Origin: Anthoceros angustus
Lineage: Eukaryota; Plantae; Anthocerotophyta
Assembly: GCA_010909165.1 (NCBI GenBank)
Contig: MU008158.1
Location: 707,478-771,477, forward strand
Length of the DNA: 64,000 bases
Direction: 5' to 3'
A program made the translations under genes and the position numbers. A model generated the notes under the pieces. It made no database searches. It was given only the letters and a program-made list of their open reading frames with translations, and had not been told where the DNA came from. Shown piece by piece: positions 22,185-35,099 of the stretch (positions are counted from its first letter, which is position 1; every line of letters begins with the position of its first letter).

Positions 22185-25100
22185 ATGGAAGTGGATGCAT
22201 CTATGTTGGGGGAGGCTGAGGTCGCACCATTGTTGGCCCCTTCGCAAGCTCTCCAGGTTCTTTCAGGGCCTCGCCCGGCTCCCACGTTTAGATTGGTGAG
22301 TCATTTTACAGATAAGAGGGAGGATGGTCCTGGGCCTCGATGTGGTCACACTTTGACAGCGGTTGCGGCCATCGGGGAGGAGGGAAGACCCGGATACATT
22401 GGCCCTCGACTAATCCTTTTCGGTGGCGCGACAGCTTTGGAAGGGAACACTGCTGCTGGACCTCAGACTTCTTCTGGAAACGCGGGCATTAGTAAAAGGC
22501 TACCCTTGTGTCATTTCTCCTCCTGGTCCATTTTGTGTGACTTTACTGGTTTAAGTTAAACCGTGATATATCGATAGATTTTGAGGGCAGCTACCATAGC
22601 CGTCAGACTCAGAACGTTGTATATCCTCGTTGGGGTCGTAAGCTACTCTATTTCTTTAGGATCCTATGAACTACATCTCATACGATTCCCAGCGTTTTAA
22701 ACTGACCCCGAACGCGGGCAGGAGTTATGAGTGACCCACGCACAATGCCATGCTTTGTTGACTGTCAGACCTGTGTTTCATTTGCAGGATTAGCAGGGGC
22801 CACAGCCGATGTACATTGTTTCGATGTACAGTCACATAAATGGGCAAGGTATGTCACTTGGTGTTGGACGTTTCGTGAGGTTGCATGCAAATTTGAAGGC
22901 AGTCACTTGTGCTGAAGTTGTAGCCTCTGTCTAAAACATAGACATCCAGAGTCTCCTGTCAGTACCAGTGCAGGAATTCTGTTACATCTAGGCCTCGAGC
23001 ACATTTTTTGAGCCTATGTTGTTGAATTGAGTTTGCAGACTAATGCCCATAGGAGACCCTCCTTCGCCTCGAGCGGCTCATGCTGCTACAGCCGTAGGGA
23101 CAATGGTTGTGATCCAGGTTGGTGCTCTGATGTGTGGGCTAGGACGATTGGGCATATACCATATGCACTAAGATTTTTGGAACTGTTTTTGACTTGGAGA
23201 GCAATCTTCTGATTGAAAATTGCTGCAGAAATGTGGCTGGATCTGTTTGATTTAGTGTAACTTACTGTGTCTATCCGAGTCACTTACAGGGTTATCAGGG
23301 AGGCTGCTTCAAGGGGCTTGCATTTGAATGTAGGAGTGTCAAAGAACCTCTGCAGACTCTGGCCTTGTCTGAGACTGTTTTTATGCACTTCTGTCTCAGG
23401 GTGGAATAGGCCCCGCTGGTCTTTCAACAGATGATCTTCATGTCTTGGACTTGACTCAAGCCCGTCCCAGATGGCACAGGTCAGTGAGATTGTGCTGTCC
23501 TAGGTTTTTTTTGGTTCAATTTCAGTTCCAAACGCCTCCAATGGGGTTTTGTGTGAACTGCAGGGTGGTTGTGCAAGGGCCAGGACCAGGGCCACGATAT
23601 GGTCATGTCATGGCTCTAGTTGGTCAGCGGTTCCTTCTTTCTATAAGTGGAAATGATGGTATGTTGTTTCATTGCTTGTCTCCAATGTGTTCCATACGTG
23701 TGTTGGTTTTCTTGACAGCTCACATTCCTTCTGTATTGAGCTATTCTTCAACAATGTTGTACAGGGAAGCGGCCGCTTGCTGATGTTTGGGCCCTTGACA
23801 CTGCGGCAAAACCATATGAGTGGAGAAAGTTGGAACCAGAAGGCGAGGGCCCTCCACCATGCATGTATGATTCCTCTCACGGCATATTTATGTTGGTTCT
23901 TTGTATTTTGACCTCATGTTGATTGGGAGTTTAGCATGTCTTCCCCTTTCAGACTGCAAGAACATCTGTTTGCCTCTTTGCAGGTATGCAACAGCCAGTG
24001 CTCGCTCAGATGGTCTTCTTCTACTCTGTGGTGGCAGGGATGCAAGTAGTGTGGTAAGGACTTGTTGAGAGTCTTGCTTGCCTCCTGGTCAAAGGTAAAC
24101 TTCATGCGGTGTGCACATGTTAGTTTTTTCGTTGCTTTTCTTGGGTAAATTGGGCTCACATACACATAGCTCTTAGCTGTGAAGCGTTTGCGATGGATAT
24201 TGCTTTCTTCATAGTGATTATAGCCATGGATTGTGACGATCGTCACCACCAGCACTGGGACTTTCAAGGCAGTTTTCCTAGTACTTGAAGTGGACAACGA
24301 GTCTAGTGTACATTTTACAGTCCTGCTGTAGTGTTTGTGTAACTGAAATGTGTGCACCTTGTAGCCTCTTGCTAGTGCTTACGGTCTTGCAAAGCACCGT
24401 GATGGACGATGGGAGTGGGCTATGGCACCTGGGGTCTCACCATCACCACGCTATCAGCATGCAGCGGTGAGCAAGGGTCTTATTGGCACCTTTTAAGATG
24501 ATAAGTCTGTTTGCAAGTGGTTTTCTCCTGATGTTGTGTAGTATCCTTCAGCCATGCTATTAGCTGTTCATGATTCGTCGTATGCCCATATGTTTTATGA
24601 CTTTGGTTGTGGTTGATTTCTTCTCTGCATCCATCTCAGGTTTTTGTGCATGCAAGGCTGCATGTATCTGGTGGTGCATTGGGCGGTGGACGCATGGTGG
24701 AGGATTCTTCCAGTGTTGCAGGTTTTAGTCCTGCTCTTCAATGGTCGTCTGTGTCAGTGAGGGAATAAGAATGCTAATGTTGTCACCATAATTGTAGTCC
24801 TAGATACAGCAGCGGGCGTCTGGTGTGATCGGAAGTCTGTGGTTACATCTCCCCGCACTGGGAGTTTCAGCGCAGATATGGCTGGGGGAGAAGCATCTGT
24901 GGAGCTTACTAGACGATGTCGGCATGCAGCAGCTGCAGTTGGGGAACTAATTTTTATGTACGGTGGGCTGAGAGGAGGTAATCCCTATGTTGTGTGGAGT
25001 TGCTGTGCCTTGATGTCCTGCTAGGATATATGTCCAGATTTATGGTGTTACCATCACGATTGTCAGCAGGGGTCCTTCTCGATGACTTGCTCGTGGCTGA

Positions 25101-28100
25101 AGATGGGTTGACAGTACCCACAGCAACAGCGTCTGGGCAATTGCTGGCATTGTCTGATGACCAGAGCTCTCAAGCTTTGGTCAGAGAACGATCTGATTTA
25201 AGCTTGAGGAATCACGAAGTGGAGGACCTTTCTCAGGGTGCAATTGTACTGGGCACTCCTGTTACAACACCTGTGAATGGGGACAATTCTATGGACATAA
25301 GTACTGATCATGCATACCAACGGGGACGTCGGTAACCACTCAACCTTGCATGTGTCATGTGTCTGTGCCTTCCTAAAGTTTGTTCTAGGTACCTGACTTA
25401 GATGGCCATTGGGACGTGTAGGAGTGTGGGTGCTGTCGATTCTCTGGTTGAAGCATCTGCTGCAGAAGCAGAGGCCATAAGTGCTGCATTGGCTGCTGCT
25501 GTTGTGCGGCAAAATGACGAGGAAGCTGAGAAGCTCATTTCAGACCAAGACCATTCTGCAGAATCCACCTCCAGTGGAAAATCATTCACACAGTCGCCTC
25601 TCACTGGTTTCAACGCTCATTCTCCAACATTGCACAGTACTCAGACACCTTCACCAGGAGTGCGGCTCCATCACCGTGCAGTAAGTGTTGTCTGCATTCT
25701 GTGATGTGCCTATGTGAGTAGCTGAAGTTGTTCACTAAATATGAATTACGGTGTAGTACACTAGTGTTTGGTGCATGGCAGGTGGAACAATCCATGGTTG
25801 GTTGGATGGGATTGGATAATAGGTCGTGCAATTGAGGAATAGTGCTCTCTGATGCGACTTATGTTTTGAGACTTATTTATTTATGTTGTGCTTGCTGGTA
25901 AAGTGGTCTATGGGATAATTTCCTGTATCTGATTGGAGCTGTTACAACTAGGTTGTTGTTGCTGCGGAGTCAGGGGGAGCCTTGGGAGGTCTTGTTAGAC
26001 AACTTTCCATTGATCAGTTTGAGAATGAGGGGCGCCGAGTAAGCTATGGAACACCAGATAATGGGAGTGCCGCTCGACGACTACTTGACAGGCAAACATC
26101 CATTAGTGGGGTCCAGAAGAAGGTGCAGATGCCTCCCTTTGAATGTGGTGGTGGATATTAAAGGACTTAGTAGATGCAGTTTGTCAGTACTTTTGAAAGC
26201 ATGTATTCCTGCAGGTGCTCTCTCAATTGTTGAAACCACGAGGATGGAAGCCACCTGTGAAACGGCAGTTCTTTATGGACTGCAGCGAAATTGCAGAGCT
26301 TTGCAATGTTGCTGAGCGGCTCTTTGCACGTGAACCTAGTGTTTTACAGATAAAGGCCCCGGTGAAGATTTTTGGTGACTTGCATGGACAGTTCGGAGAT
26401 CTCATGCGACTATTCGATGAGTATGGTTCACCCTCCACAGCTGGGGATATAACGTAAGTCACTCGATGTGAGTGGTAAACAGCTTGCTGACATGTGTTGC
26501 CTACTGACCTGTTGTTTCACAAATGGGTTGCAAAAGTGCACCTCTTGCGGTGGCTATGATGTTCCCGCAGCCATAGGTAGCAGCAGAATATGACCACAGT
26601 ACGGCTATTGATTAGTACAATCGTATGTAGAGATTGCGAGCACTGGTGTGTAGCATCTATGTGCAATCTCATCTTCAACCTGAACTACATGCACTAGAGC
26701 ACTGTGTCCTTCAAATTTGTCTGTTGTGGAGGATGGTGAGGACGATGAATTTCCTGATGTTTTGTTTCAGTGAACAGCAGAACACACCTGTGTGCTGTAT
26801 GATAGGAACTCCCCTGCTTTGCCTTCATGAATCTTCAGGTTCACTCTCATGGAATTCTGAAGTGCAAGTAGGTGTATTGTAGATGAAACTGGCTCTTGGG
26901 TCTGTCTTGTGTAAATTGTACTTGTTCCATAGCTGCTGATTTTTGTAGAATGGTTTTTAGCACTTAAGCAAACAACTCGCTTTTACCAGGCCTGAACATG
27001 CGTATTGAATAAGCATGCGAGAACTTAATGGGTCTCATATCTCAAGTGGGTGCCTTTTGACAAAGCATCCATTGAGACAACAAGCATTCATTGAGACACC
27101 TAGCACCCAATTGCAACTTGGAACATGAATCATTGCTACATTGCTTGCCTTAAAGTGCCACTGATAGTCACGTATTCGTAGGTTCTGCAATTGCTTGGCT
27201 CCCCCTTTCAAGGAACACGGGGTATTGTCGCCTGAACCGAGGCTTAACCTTGTCATTTTTGTTTTTTCCCCCCTCTTGTAGTGGAAAGGAAAGCAATTTG
27301 GCTTGATTCCTATGTAGTTCTTTTTAGAGTAAGAACTCCTGTTACTTATTGCTCTGCTTCTCAATATTAGTCGAGGAGTCATACTTGTTTGAAGCTCAAG
27401 AAGACTTGACACAATCAGGAAAGAGATGGTGTAGGCTTATAACTTGATAAGGGCAGCGGCAAATGTAGAACTTATGCTTCATATGTTATACATTCCAGAA
27501 GTCTGGTAAGATGCTACCATTCGTTTTGTTCCGAGCTGAGTTAGTTGGTTATTTTGCAGGTATATAGATTACCTGTTCCTTGGTGACTATGTTGACCGTG
27601 GCCAACATAGTTTAGAGACGATAACTCTTTTACTTGCGCTCAAGGTTTGTCCTGAGTCATTTTGTCCTCTTACTGTGTTTTACTACTTCACGATTGGTCT
27701 GTTGATCATATTATGATTTTTCTTCTGTATTGTCTGCTGGCAGATAGAATACCCAAAGAATGTGCACTTGATCCGTGGCAATCACGAGGCTGCGGATATC
27801 AATGCTCTCTTCGGTTTCCGGATTGAATGTATTGAACGCATGGTTTGTGCGGAACCCTCAGCCACCGGTATCGCTTTCAAATGCTTTTGAACTTTTTTGG
27901 CCTAGTTATGGAGCTCTTTGGTGTCGATTTGTTAGGGGGAGAGAGATGGAATCTGGGCATGGCAACGAATAAACAACCTATTCAACTGGTTGCCTCTGGC
28001 GGCATTGATAGAGAAGAAGATCATATGCATGCATGGGGGGATAGGAAGATCTATCAATCACGTAGAGCAGATTGAGGCACTGCAACGGCCGATAACTATG

Positions 28101-29245
28101 GAAGCGGGGTCTGTTGTGCTCATGGACCTTCTTTGGTGAGGATTAAGTATTTTAGCATGTAAAGTGTATTTCATCGTGCCTCAGATGGATGTTCTGCTCT
28201 GGTTTGGATGCTGGGGGGAGGTTGGGTGGTCTTTATGGACTATCTAACCTGGTCAGACTGTTGTCCCAGGTCTGACCCAACAGAGAATGACAGTGTAGAA
28301 GGATTACGTCCAAATGCAAGGGGGCCGGGCCTTGTGACTTTTGGGGTGCAAGCCGTCAACTCAAAACCTTCCAGTTGTAGTTCATTTGCTACTCCCATAA
28401 CCTTTGCCGGCTACCTTGCTAATGCATGGCTGTGGTGTTTCAGCCAGATAGGGTTCTGGAGTTCTGCAAGCAGAATGACTTGCAATTAATTGTAAGAGCA
28501 CATGAGTGTGTCATGGATGGGTTTGAACGCTTCGCGCAGGGCCACTTGATCACCCTTTTTTCTGCAACAAATTACTGTGGTGAGAAATTTTGCACTGCTA
28601 ACTTGTCCTCTGAGTTTTGTACTGGGTGTGGTTTGGCATCTGGGGAATGGGAACAAGGGTGTGTAGGGACCTGGTCTGTTGGTCCTGGCAACCATCTGGT
28701 GGTGCCCATCCTAGGAAGCTCACGTGTCGAAGAGTTAAATGAATATGGATCTTGCAGGTACGGCCAATAACGCAGGTGCAATACTCGTCCTTGGTAGAGA
28801 CCTGGTTGTGGTTCCAAAGCTGATCCACCCTCTACCCCCTGCCATTATGTCTCCAGAGTCTTCTCCTGAACGCCATGTTGAAGACACTTGGATGCAGGTT
28901 GGTATCTCTGTGCAAGATTTAAAGGAATTCCTAGTTTTGCTGGTTCTTGTTACAGAAGGTTGGCCTGATGAACTGTATGCTCTAATCCATATTGGGGTTT
29001 GGGACATCATTGACTGTCAGGTTTTTTTGGTGATGGTCTGCTGGTCATGTTGTTCATTTGGGCTTTAGCTTCTTGAAAGGTTGTGACTATGCACAATGCG
29101 CTTGCACCTGTCGTGCTTTCTTTGAGCTCTGAGGGGGTTACTACGTTGTGCTTAAATGCAGGAGTTGAATGTACAGAGGCCTCCCACTCCTACACGCGGG
29201 CGACCCCAGGCTGCTAATGAACGTGGATCCTTAGCTTGGATATAG
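22185..29245 (+). CDS. BSL: BSU1-like (BSL) Kelch-repeat Ser/Thr protein phosphatase, about 20 exons
   Basis: Spliced Kelch repeats ([48 protein letters not shown]), linker [18 protein letters not shown] motifs GDLHGQ, GDYVDRG, RGNHE and DLLWSDP, and C-terminus RGSLAWI*. GT-AG introns were traced by eye. Confidence 0.95.
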
Positions 29246-29816
29246 CTTGGATACATTATCTGTTACTTGATGGGGCTACAACTGCTGAGTGCTATGTGTC
29301 TGCTTTTGTAGAGCAAGTTTCTGAAACGGTTTCTGCTTTTAAGATGTTTAAGATTGTTCTTCGATCCACCAGCCTTAGAATGTAAACTTCCTCCGTTGTG
29401 AGGAATGAAAGAATCCCTTGATGCATCTCCAAGGAGAACCCTTCGCGATTAACTGCCTGCATCTTGAGAAGAATTTGCATGTAATTATCACCAGCCAACT
29501 ACAGAAGGTGTGACAACCGGGGCAATGGCAGGGTCTTTCAGAGTTACATCGAAACTGTGAATTGTGCACGGAAGGAGAATGGGAAGGAAACCCCTCCAAG
29601 ATTTCTAGAACGATAGTCCGGAGGACGAAATCCTTTGTAAGGATTTGTGGAAAGAGTGTGTAGAGAACGCACGTAATCCTCTTTCCAAATAGTCTAGAGG
29701 ACGGGGGAAAGTGATTCCTTCTCCACATGGCCTACAGACTCCTAAGTGGACGGGAACGTTGGAAACTCGCGAATCGCGAGTCGCAATGCGGCATATGGAC
29801 TTTAGGCATGAAGTCC

Positions 29817-30182
29817 CGGGACATAGGCAAAAGCAGGGAATGGGGCATCATGAAGGGGACATGGGCAAAAGCAGGGCATGGGGCATCACGAAGGGGACAT
29901 GGGCAAAAGCAGGGCATGGGGCATCACGAAGGGGACATGGGCAAAAGCAGGGCATGGGGCATCCTAAGGGGACATGGGCAAAAGCGGGGCATGGGGCATC
30001 ATGAAGGGACATGGGCAAAAGGGGCATGGGGCATCATGAAGGGACATGGGCAAAAGGGGCATGGGGCATCATGAAGGGACATGGGCAAAAGCAGGGCATG
30101 GGGCATCATGAAGGGGACATGGGCAAAAGCAGGGCATGGGGCATCATGAAGGGGACATGGGCAAAAGCAGGGCATGGGGCAT
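29817..30182. repeat. 38-bp minisatellite (about 10 copies, some shortened)
   Basis: Unit CATCATGAAGGGGACATGGGCAAAAGCAGGGCATGGGG, period 38 (29852 to 29890). Confidence 0.95.
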
Positions 30183-30185
30183 CCT

Positions 30186-30320
30186 CGCCACTCGTTCTAA
30201 CCACCTTCTAACTTTAGCGGGCATGGAGCATCGTTCGCCACTTGTCCTAAACACCTTCTAACTTTAGCGGGCATGGAGCATCGTTCGCCACTTGTCCTAA
30301 ACACCTTCTAACTTTAGCGG
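30186..30320. repeat. 50-bp tandem repeat (about 2.7 copies)
   Basis: ACACCTTCTAACTTTAGCGGGCATGGAGCATCGTTCGCCACTTGTCCTAA, with units starting at 30201, 30251 and 30301. Confidence 0.95.
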
Positions 30321-31237
30321 CGGCCCTTGAGAATACCGGATAACTGGCTAGAAAGAGGAGATGTGTGGAGGGCCTTGCCCTCGTAATTGTAGAGAATGGC
30401 CCTTGGAGGCACAATAGATGTATAAGAATACGAGGCCGTTGGGCCACAACTAAGCAGGCGGCAATTTCCAGGCCCATCTCTGTGTACTTGGACATCTTTG
30501 CAAGACAAGGCTAGCTCTTCCAGGCCATTCCTTGCCCTGCAGTCCAGTATTTTGAATCTGATCATCGTTTTGTGTGTATGTCTCAAACGTGAGGCTCTTA
30601 TTTCAAGATTGCATGTGTGGTCTTTTTGCACATTGAGTTGACATTCAACATCAAGGCCGATGTCCAAGGCTGGTGGTTTGAACCTAGCCTATAAAGTTAC
30701 ACAAGGGTTAGGCTATACTCTCCTTCGTAAGACTGTCGATATGTCATTGAACCTTTCACACCTACACTTATGCAGACATACAGATGGCTCTAAATACCAC
30801 CAATGCTGGCTACTATGTTGGTAAATGGAATGAGGAATGATTGGCTAATGCCTGGCTGCTCGTCCTTGAGCAGGGAGACCTAGTGTTGCTCTGTCATCCC
30901 ACAGCTTGGCACCTCCAGTGGGACTCGTTGCTGAGGCTTGGGCATTGGAACGTGTAGCAATATACGCATCCTTCCCAACTCCCAGGTGAGTCCTACCTCC
31001 ATCATCCATAGTATTATGATTTTGTGATAATGAGAAGAGAGTCGAAAGAGTCTCGATGAGCTAGGAAGCATCAGTCAGTCCGTGTCAGAACTGTGCAGGA
31101 ACAACCACAGCCGGTGCTCTTCTTACCCTGTGGCTTTGTGCATATGCCCCCTGGCCTATCAGCAAGTGTGGCTGGCTCTTCATCAGGCTAATGCACATAG
31201 AGCTCATTGAGCAAGGTAGTTGGTTTCACCATAGACA

Positions 31238-32145
31238 GTGAGCAATAGCAAGCTAAGAGAGAAAGGGAGAATGTCGAGGTCATCAGACAAGATTTCTGCC
31301 TTACCTGCCTTCTTTGGGACCCTTGCTGATAACCCTGATGAGCATTTGTTGAGTTTCAAGAATGCCTTGAAGTCTAGAATCATGGGAATCGAGAGAAAGC
31401 ACCTCAAGTACTCCCCACTTCACTCAGAGGGGAGCGCTGAAGCATGGTATGAGAAATTGAAGCATGCCGATCAGCTTGACTGGCCAGCGATGTGTTGCAT
31501 GTTCCTCGTGAAATTCCAAAGCCAGACCTTCCTCCATGATTGTCATGGCCAGCTTTTGGATCTGTACCAGGACAATAGCAAGACATTAGCCAGTTACATC
31601 AACCGCACAAGCATCCGCAGCGAAAAACTAGGGTACAAAGGGGAGAAGCAGAAGGAAGTGGTCCTACATTTCATCCATGGATTGAGGCCTGAGTTTTTTA
31701 CGCAGAGATGGAGAAAATCACTGATCTTTCTATGGAAAAAGCAATGGAAAGCTGCCATCATCAATGTCACAGGGGAGGGAGAGCCTGCCGCCGTGACCCC
31801 TACCGTTACAACTGCAATTCCTCATACTCGAGCAGAAGTCCATCGGTGTCCCCGCGCCTTGCAACACTGCGACACAAAAAAGAGAAGGTTAGTGCCATTC
31901 TTAACAAAGCCAACGGTGCAGGCCCAAGCAATGTAAAAATTGCCAAAAGAATGAATGACCTGGAGGCCCTGGTGGTGGAGATGCGATCCCTTGCGGCTGC
32001 GATCGCTGCTAAGGATGAAAAAGTGCGTGCCTCTTGCAAGAAGTGTGGAAGCACTGAACACACAACTGGTTTTTGTGGTAAGGGAGCATGCACAAAGTGC
32101 AGGGAGAATGGCCACACGGACTGGTCGTGTCCCAAGTTTCCCTAG
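31238..32145 (+). mobile_element. Ty3/Gypsy-type gag ORF with two CCHC zinc knuckles (one frameshift), no pol
   Basis: LPAFFGT...DEHL..F, AEAWYEKL...DWPAMC.MFL.KF and FIHGLRPEF, then CKKCGSTEHTTGFC and CTKCRENGHTDWSC in the second frame. Confidence 0.85.
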
Positions 32146-32174
32146 CAAGGTGATGGTAGGAATCCTAACAAAGT

Positions 32175-32364
32175 TGACTGTGCATCAAGAGAGCCAAGAG
32201 ACCTCGTTGAGAGACAAAAATGATTAACTCAATAATTACAAATCAAAAAATCTGGCTTTATACTGAAACCCTAAAAACTATCCAAAAGCCACATAGGTAC
32301 TATCTATCGTACGACTCATAAATAGCCAACCATAAGCATAGGTAAAGCTTATAGTCCTGTAACA
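32175..32364 (-). repeat. Probable 3' LTR (about 190 bp) of the minus-strand Copia remnant
   Basis: Minus strand reads TTAAGGAG then TGTTACAGG...GCACAGTCA. It lies downstream of the RNase H at 33073-33447. Confidence 0.5.
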
Positions 32365-33072
32365 CTCCTTAAGAGGGAGTGTTATGGGACTATAAGCTTT
32401 ACCTACGCACAGTCACAAGGAGCAGACACGCACGGAAGGAATCATCTCCAGCTAGTGTAAGCGCTTACGCTAGAGCTTAGAGGTAGAAGAGGCCTACAAA
32501 GGCTGCACCACGGCAATGCATCTCGCCACAGTCTATGCCACCTTCCTGCTAGTTACGTTCCTTGTCACTCAATGCTTGTCTCTACTTGTCATGGCAACTA
32601 GAAGTGGGCGCAAATACGCCCCAGAGGATTCAGCTGACCAAGGAAGTAAGAAACAAGACCAGCAACAGGAGAGAAGGGACAATCGCAGGAAAGAGCCTGA
32701 GGATGAAGCATCTTCCACAGTCTAGGGCGCAATGACGAACGACCGCCCTATGATTCAAGAAGAGGTGAAAAGTGAGGTCAGCCTCTTGGCAAGACTGAGA
32801 GAGGCCACTCGCCTATTGAAGTGCCTACAGGAGGATGATAAGGCAACTGTGAAGGAGGAGAGGAAGTAAGTCACCCAAAGAAGCCAGACGACTAAGTAAG
32901 CATGGAGCTTCATCCGCCCACCGTGGTCTCCCATGTTGCATGCGGAAACCGCCTGTCCGTAAATACTCTAACACTGTTAAGTGTGTCTTGCAGAAGAGAC
33001 AAGTCGGCCTAGCAGAAAAATCACCAAACAATAGAAAGCTTCCACCCCGCACCCCCATCAACCACAGAAGTT

Positions 33073-33880
33073 TCAACCCTCGAAGTACCCTGAGAAGTCC
33101 AAGAGTCCAAGTCCTTCCATATGAGCATAATGCTTGTGTTTAGGAAGACTCTTTGTCAGGATGTCAACTGTTTTCGAGTCTGTATGGATATAGTCCACTT
33201 TGACCACCCCTCGCTCGACTACATCTCTAATGTAATGATGTTGTATCTCAATGTGTTTTGTTTTTGTCCTTGCATGAAAACGAGGGTTTGCAACAAGTGC
33301 TAATGTGCACATATTGTCACACAGAAGTAAGATAGGATCAAGTTGTTGTTGCCCCATGTCTGCTAAGAACGTACGCTCCCACTCTGTTTCTTTGGATGCG
33401 TTTGTAAGGCTTTTGTATTCTGCTTCTGTAGAAGACAGAGCAATCAAACTCTACTTTTTATAGCTCCCGTTGATAGCTGTTGATGATAGTCACACCAAGA
33501 ACTGGGATAAGGTACTTACAGAATATTGGATGTCGGGACGAGTCCAATTGCCTACAAATAGTAAACTATTGACTGCATGTCTGTAGGGTGCAAAAGCCAT
33601 TTCTCAAATCTCTTCTGCTATCTGGGGGCTTTGTAGACTCGTTAGCTTAGTACCCATGGCTGAGGGGGTTGCAGCTGCCCGTGCCTGATCCAGCTTAAAC
33701 TTGCGAAGGATGTCCTAAACATACTTGAACTGGTGAATGATGAGGAGGCCTTCTGCCCTCACACGAAGGACCTAAATGCCAAGACATAATTTAAGTTCCC
33801 TTATGTCCTTCATTTCAAACCTGCTACGTAGCATTTCTTCGACTTCCGCTAACAGTGGATGACTATTTGTGGCTAGGTCT
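33073..33880 (-). mobile_element. Ty1/Copia RT C-terminus and RNase H remnant
   Basis: FEMKDIRELKLCLGI and IALSSTEAEY..CDNMCTLALVANPRFHARTK..KHIEIQHHYIR. Cut off at about 33880 by a Gypsy LTR. Confidence 0.9.
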
Positions 33881-34850
33881 GGCGTGACTTTCGCTGACGG
33901 CCAGCCGGGTGCGCACAATCCCGTGTCGTTGCAGTAAGAGGTCCGTTCCCAAGGGAAGGTGTGGCGCGACTTTCGCTGATGGCTAACCGGGCGCGCACAA
34001 TCCCGTGTCGTTGTAGTAAGGAGTCCGCTCCCAAGAGAATGATATTGCTCGTTTTCAATCGTTCCCTCACTTAGTATCGGCCGCCTCAATACACCTATTC
34101 ATCGCTTTTAAGCTCAACTACCCGCGCAACGCCACCGACAGCGTCGGCCAAACGCTTAAGGACCTGTCGGCTGGTCGCATTCGTCACACTCAACCTCTAG
34201 TCCGCTCCTCACCACTCTCACTACTCTCACCATCCTTGGGAAAAGCGGGTGGCGGTCCGGACCTCCTCGTTGCTCGCGGGCCTCCGTCCGGCTCAGACGC
34301 CTCCCGAGTTCCTCCGCCACTGCCCGGCCCGTCCAACGCCGGGCCACCGCCTGACGAGCAAGGGTCCCTAGGCGCTATTCCCCGCACACACCACCACACG
34401 TTAGGGTCCGCCACCAAGACCTTGATCGCCTCCTGCCACCGTTGACTCAGACTGACGCGCTGCACCCAAGGCCCGCCAAGACGCTGCATCAACACCTTAA
34501 CAAGAAGGCACCCAAGGGCCTACCGAAGACGCATCAACACCAAGAGAAAGATACTTTACTCGAGCCTCTTATATACACGGTCGGCGCCTTTATTACACCC
34601 CTATTCGTGAGCCGAGGGTCGCCCTAATCGGCCGCCTACTATTCTCCTTATTCCTCCCATTCACGCCGCTGGTGGTGGGCCGGATGGCCCCGATTCCGTC
34701 TTGCACCGTGGCCCAAGGCCGAGCTCGACGATGCGGGGCGCACCCAATCGGATGATCCGCGAGGCGGACCCCTACCTCCTCGAGGGGTCCGCTGCCGCTA
34801 CGGCGGGCCCGACAACCACGGCCACCACTAAGTCCTCCTCCTTCTCTTAT
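33880..34850 (-). repeat. Gypsy family A LTR, inverted copy with an about 80-bp terminal duplication
   Basis: Reverse complement of 5105-5950 (GTGTAATAAAGGCGCCGACC; AGTAAAGTATCTTTCTCTTGGTG). The GCGCACAATCCCGTGTCGTTG block occurs twice at 33900-34030. Confidence 0.75.
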
Positions 34851-35099
34851 CTCGGGCCTCGCTGGGCCCTCCAAGAGATGGATCTGCCGGTGGATTGGTG
34901 GCTCTCCCCACGAGTCTGGACCTCGTGGCCCTGCCTCGACCGAGTCCGGACCTCTAGGTCCGCCTTCCTCCGGGTCCATCCTCTGTCCGCCTTCTTTCGA
35001 GTTCGACCCTGGGTCCTGACTTGCCTCGGGTCCGGTCGGGCCCAACCTTCCTCGAGTCCGGACCTCGTGGTCCGGGTCTCACTAGAGTCTGACCTCTAA

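Noticed and set aside
26455-27559. Short ORFs in the 1.1-kb BSL intron
   Set aside because: They have no motifs, and the flanking exons join in frame ([13 protein letters not shown]).
29817-30320. Tandem arrays as a CRISPR array or as real G/H/K-rich ORFs
   Set aside because: The units abut without unique spacers, the context is eukaryotic, and the ORFs merely cycle through frames because 38 is not a multiple of 3.
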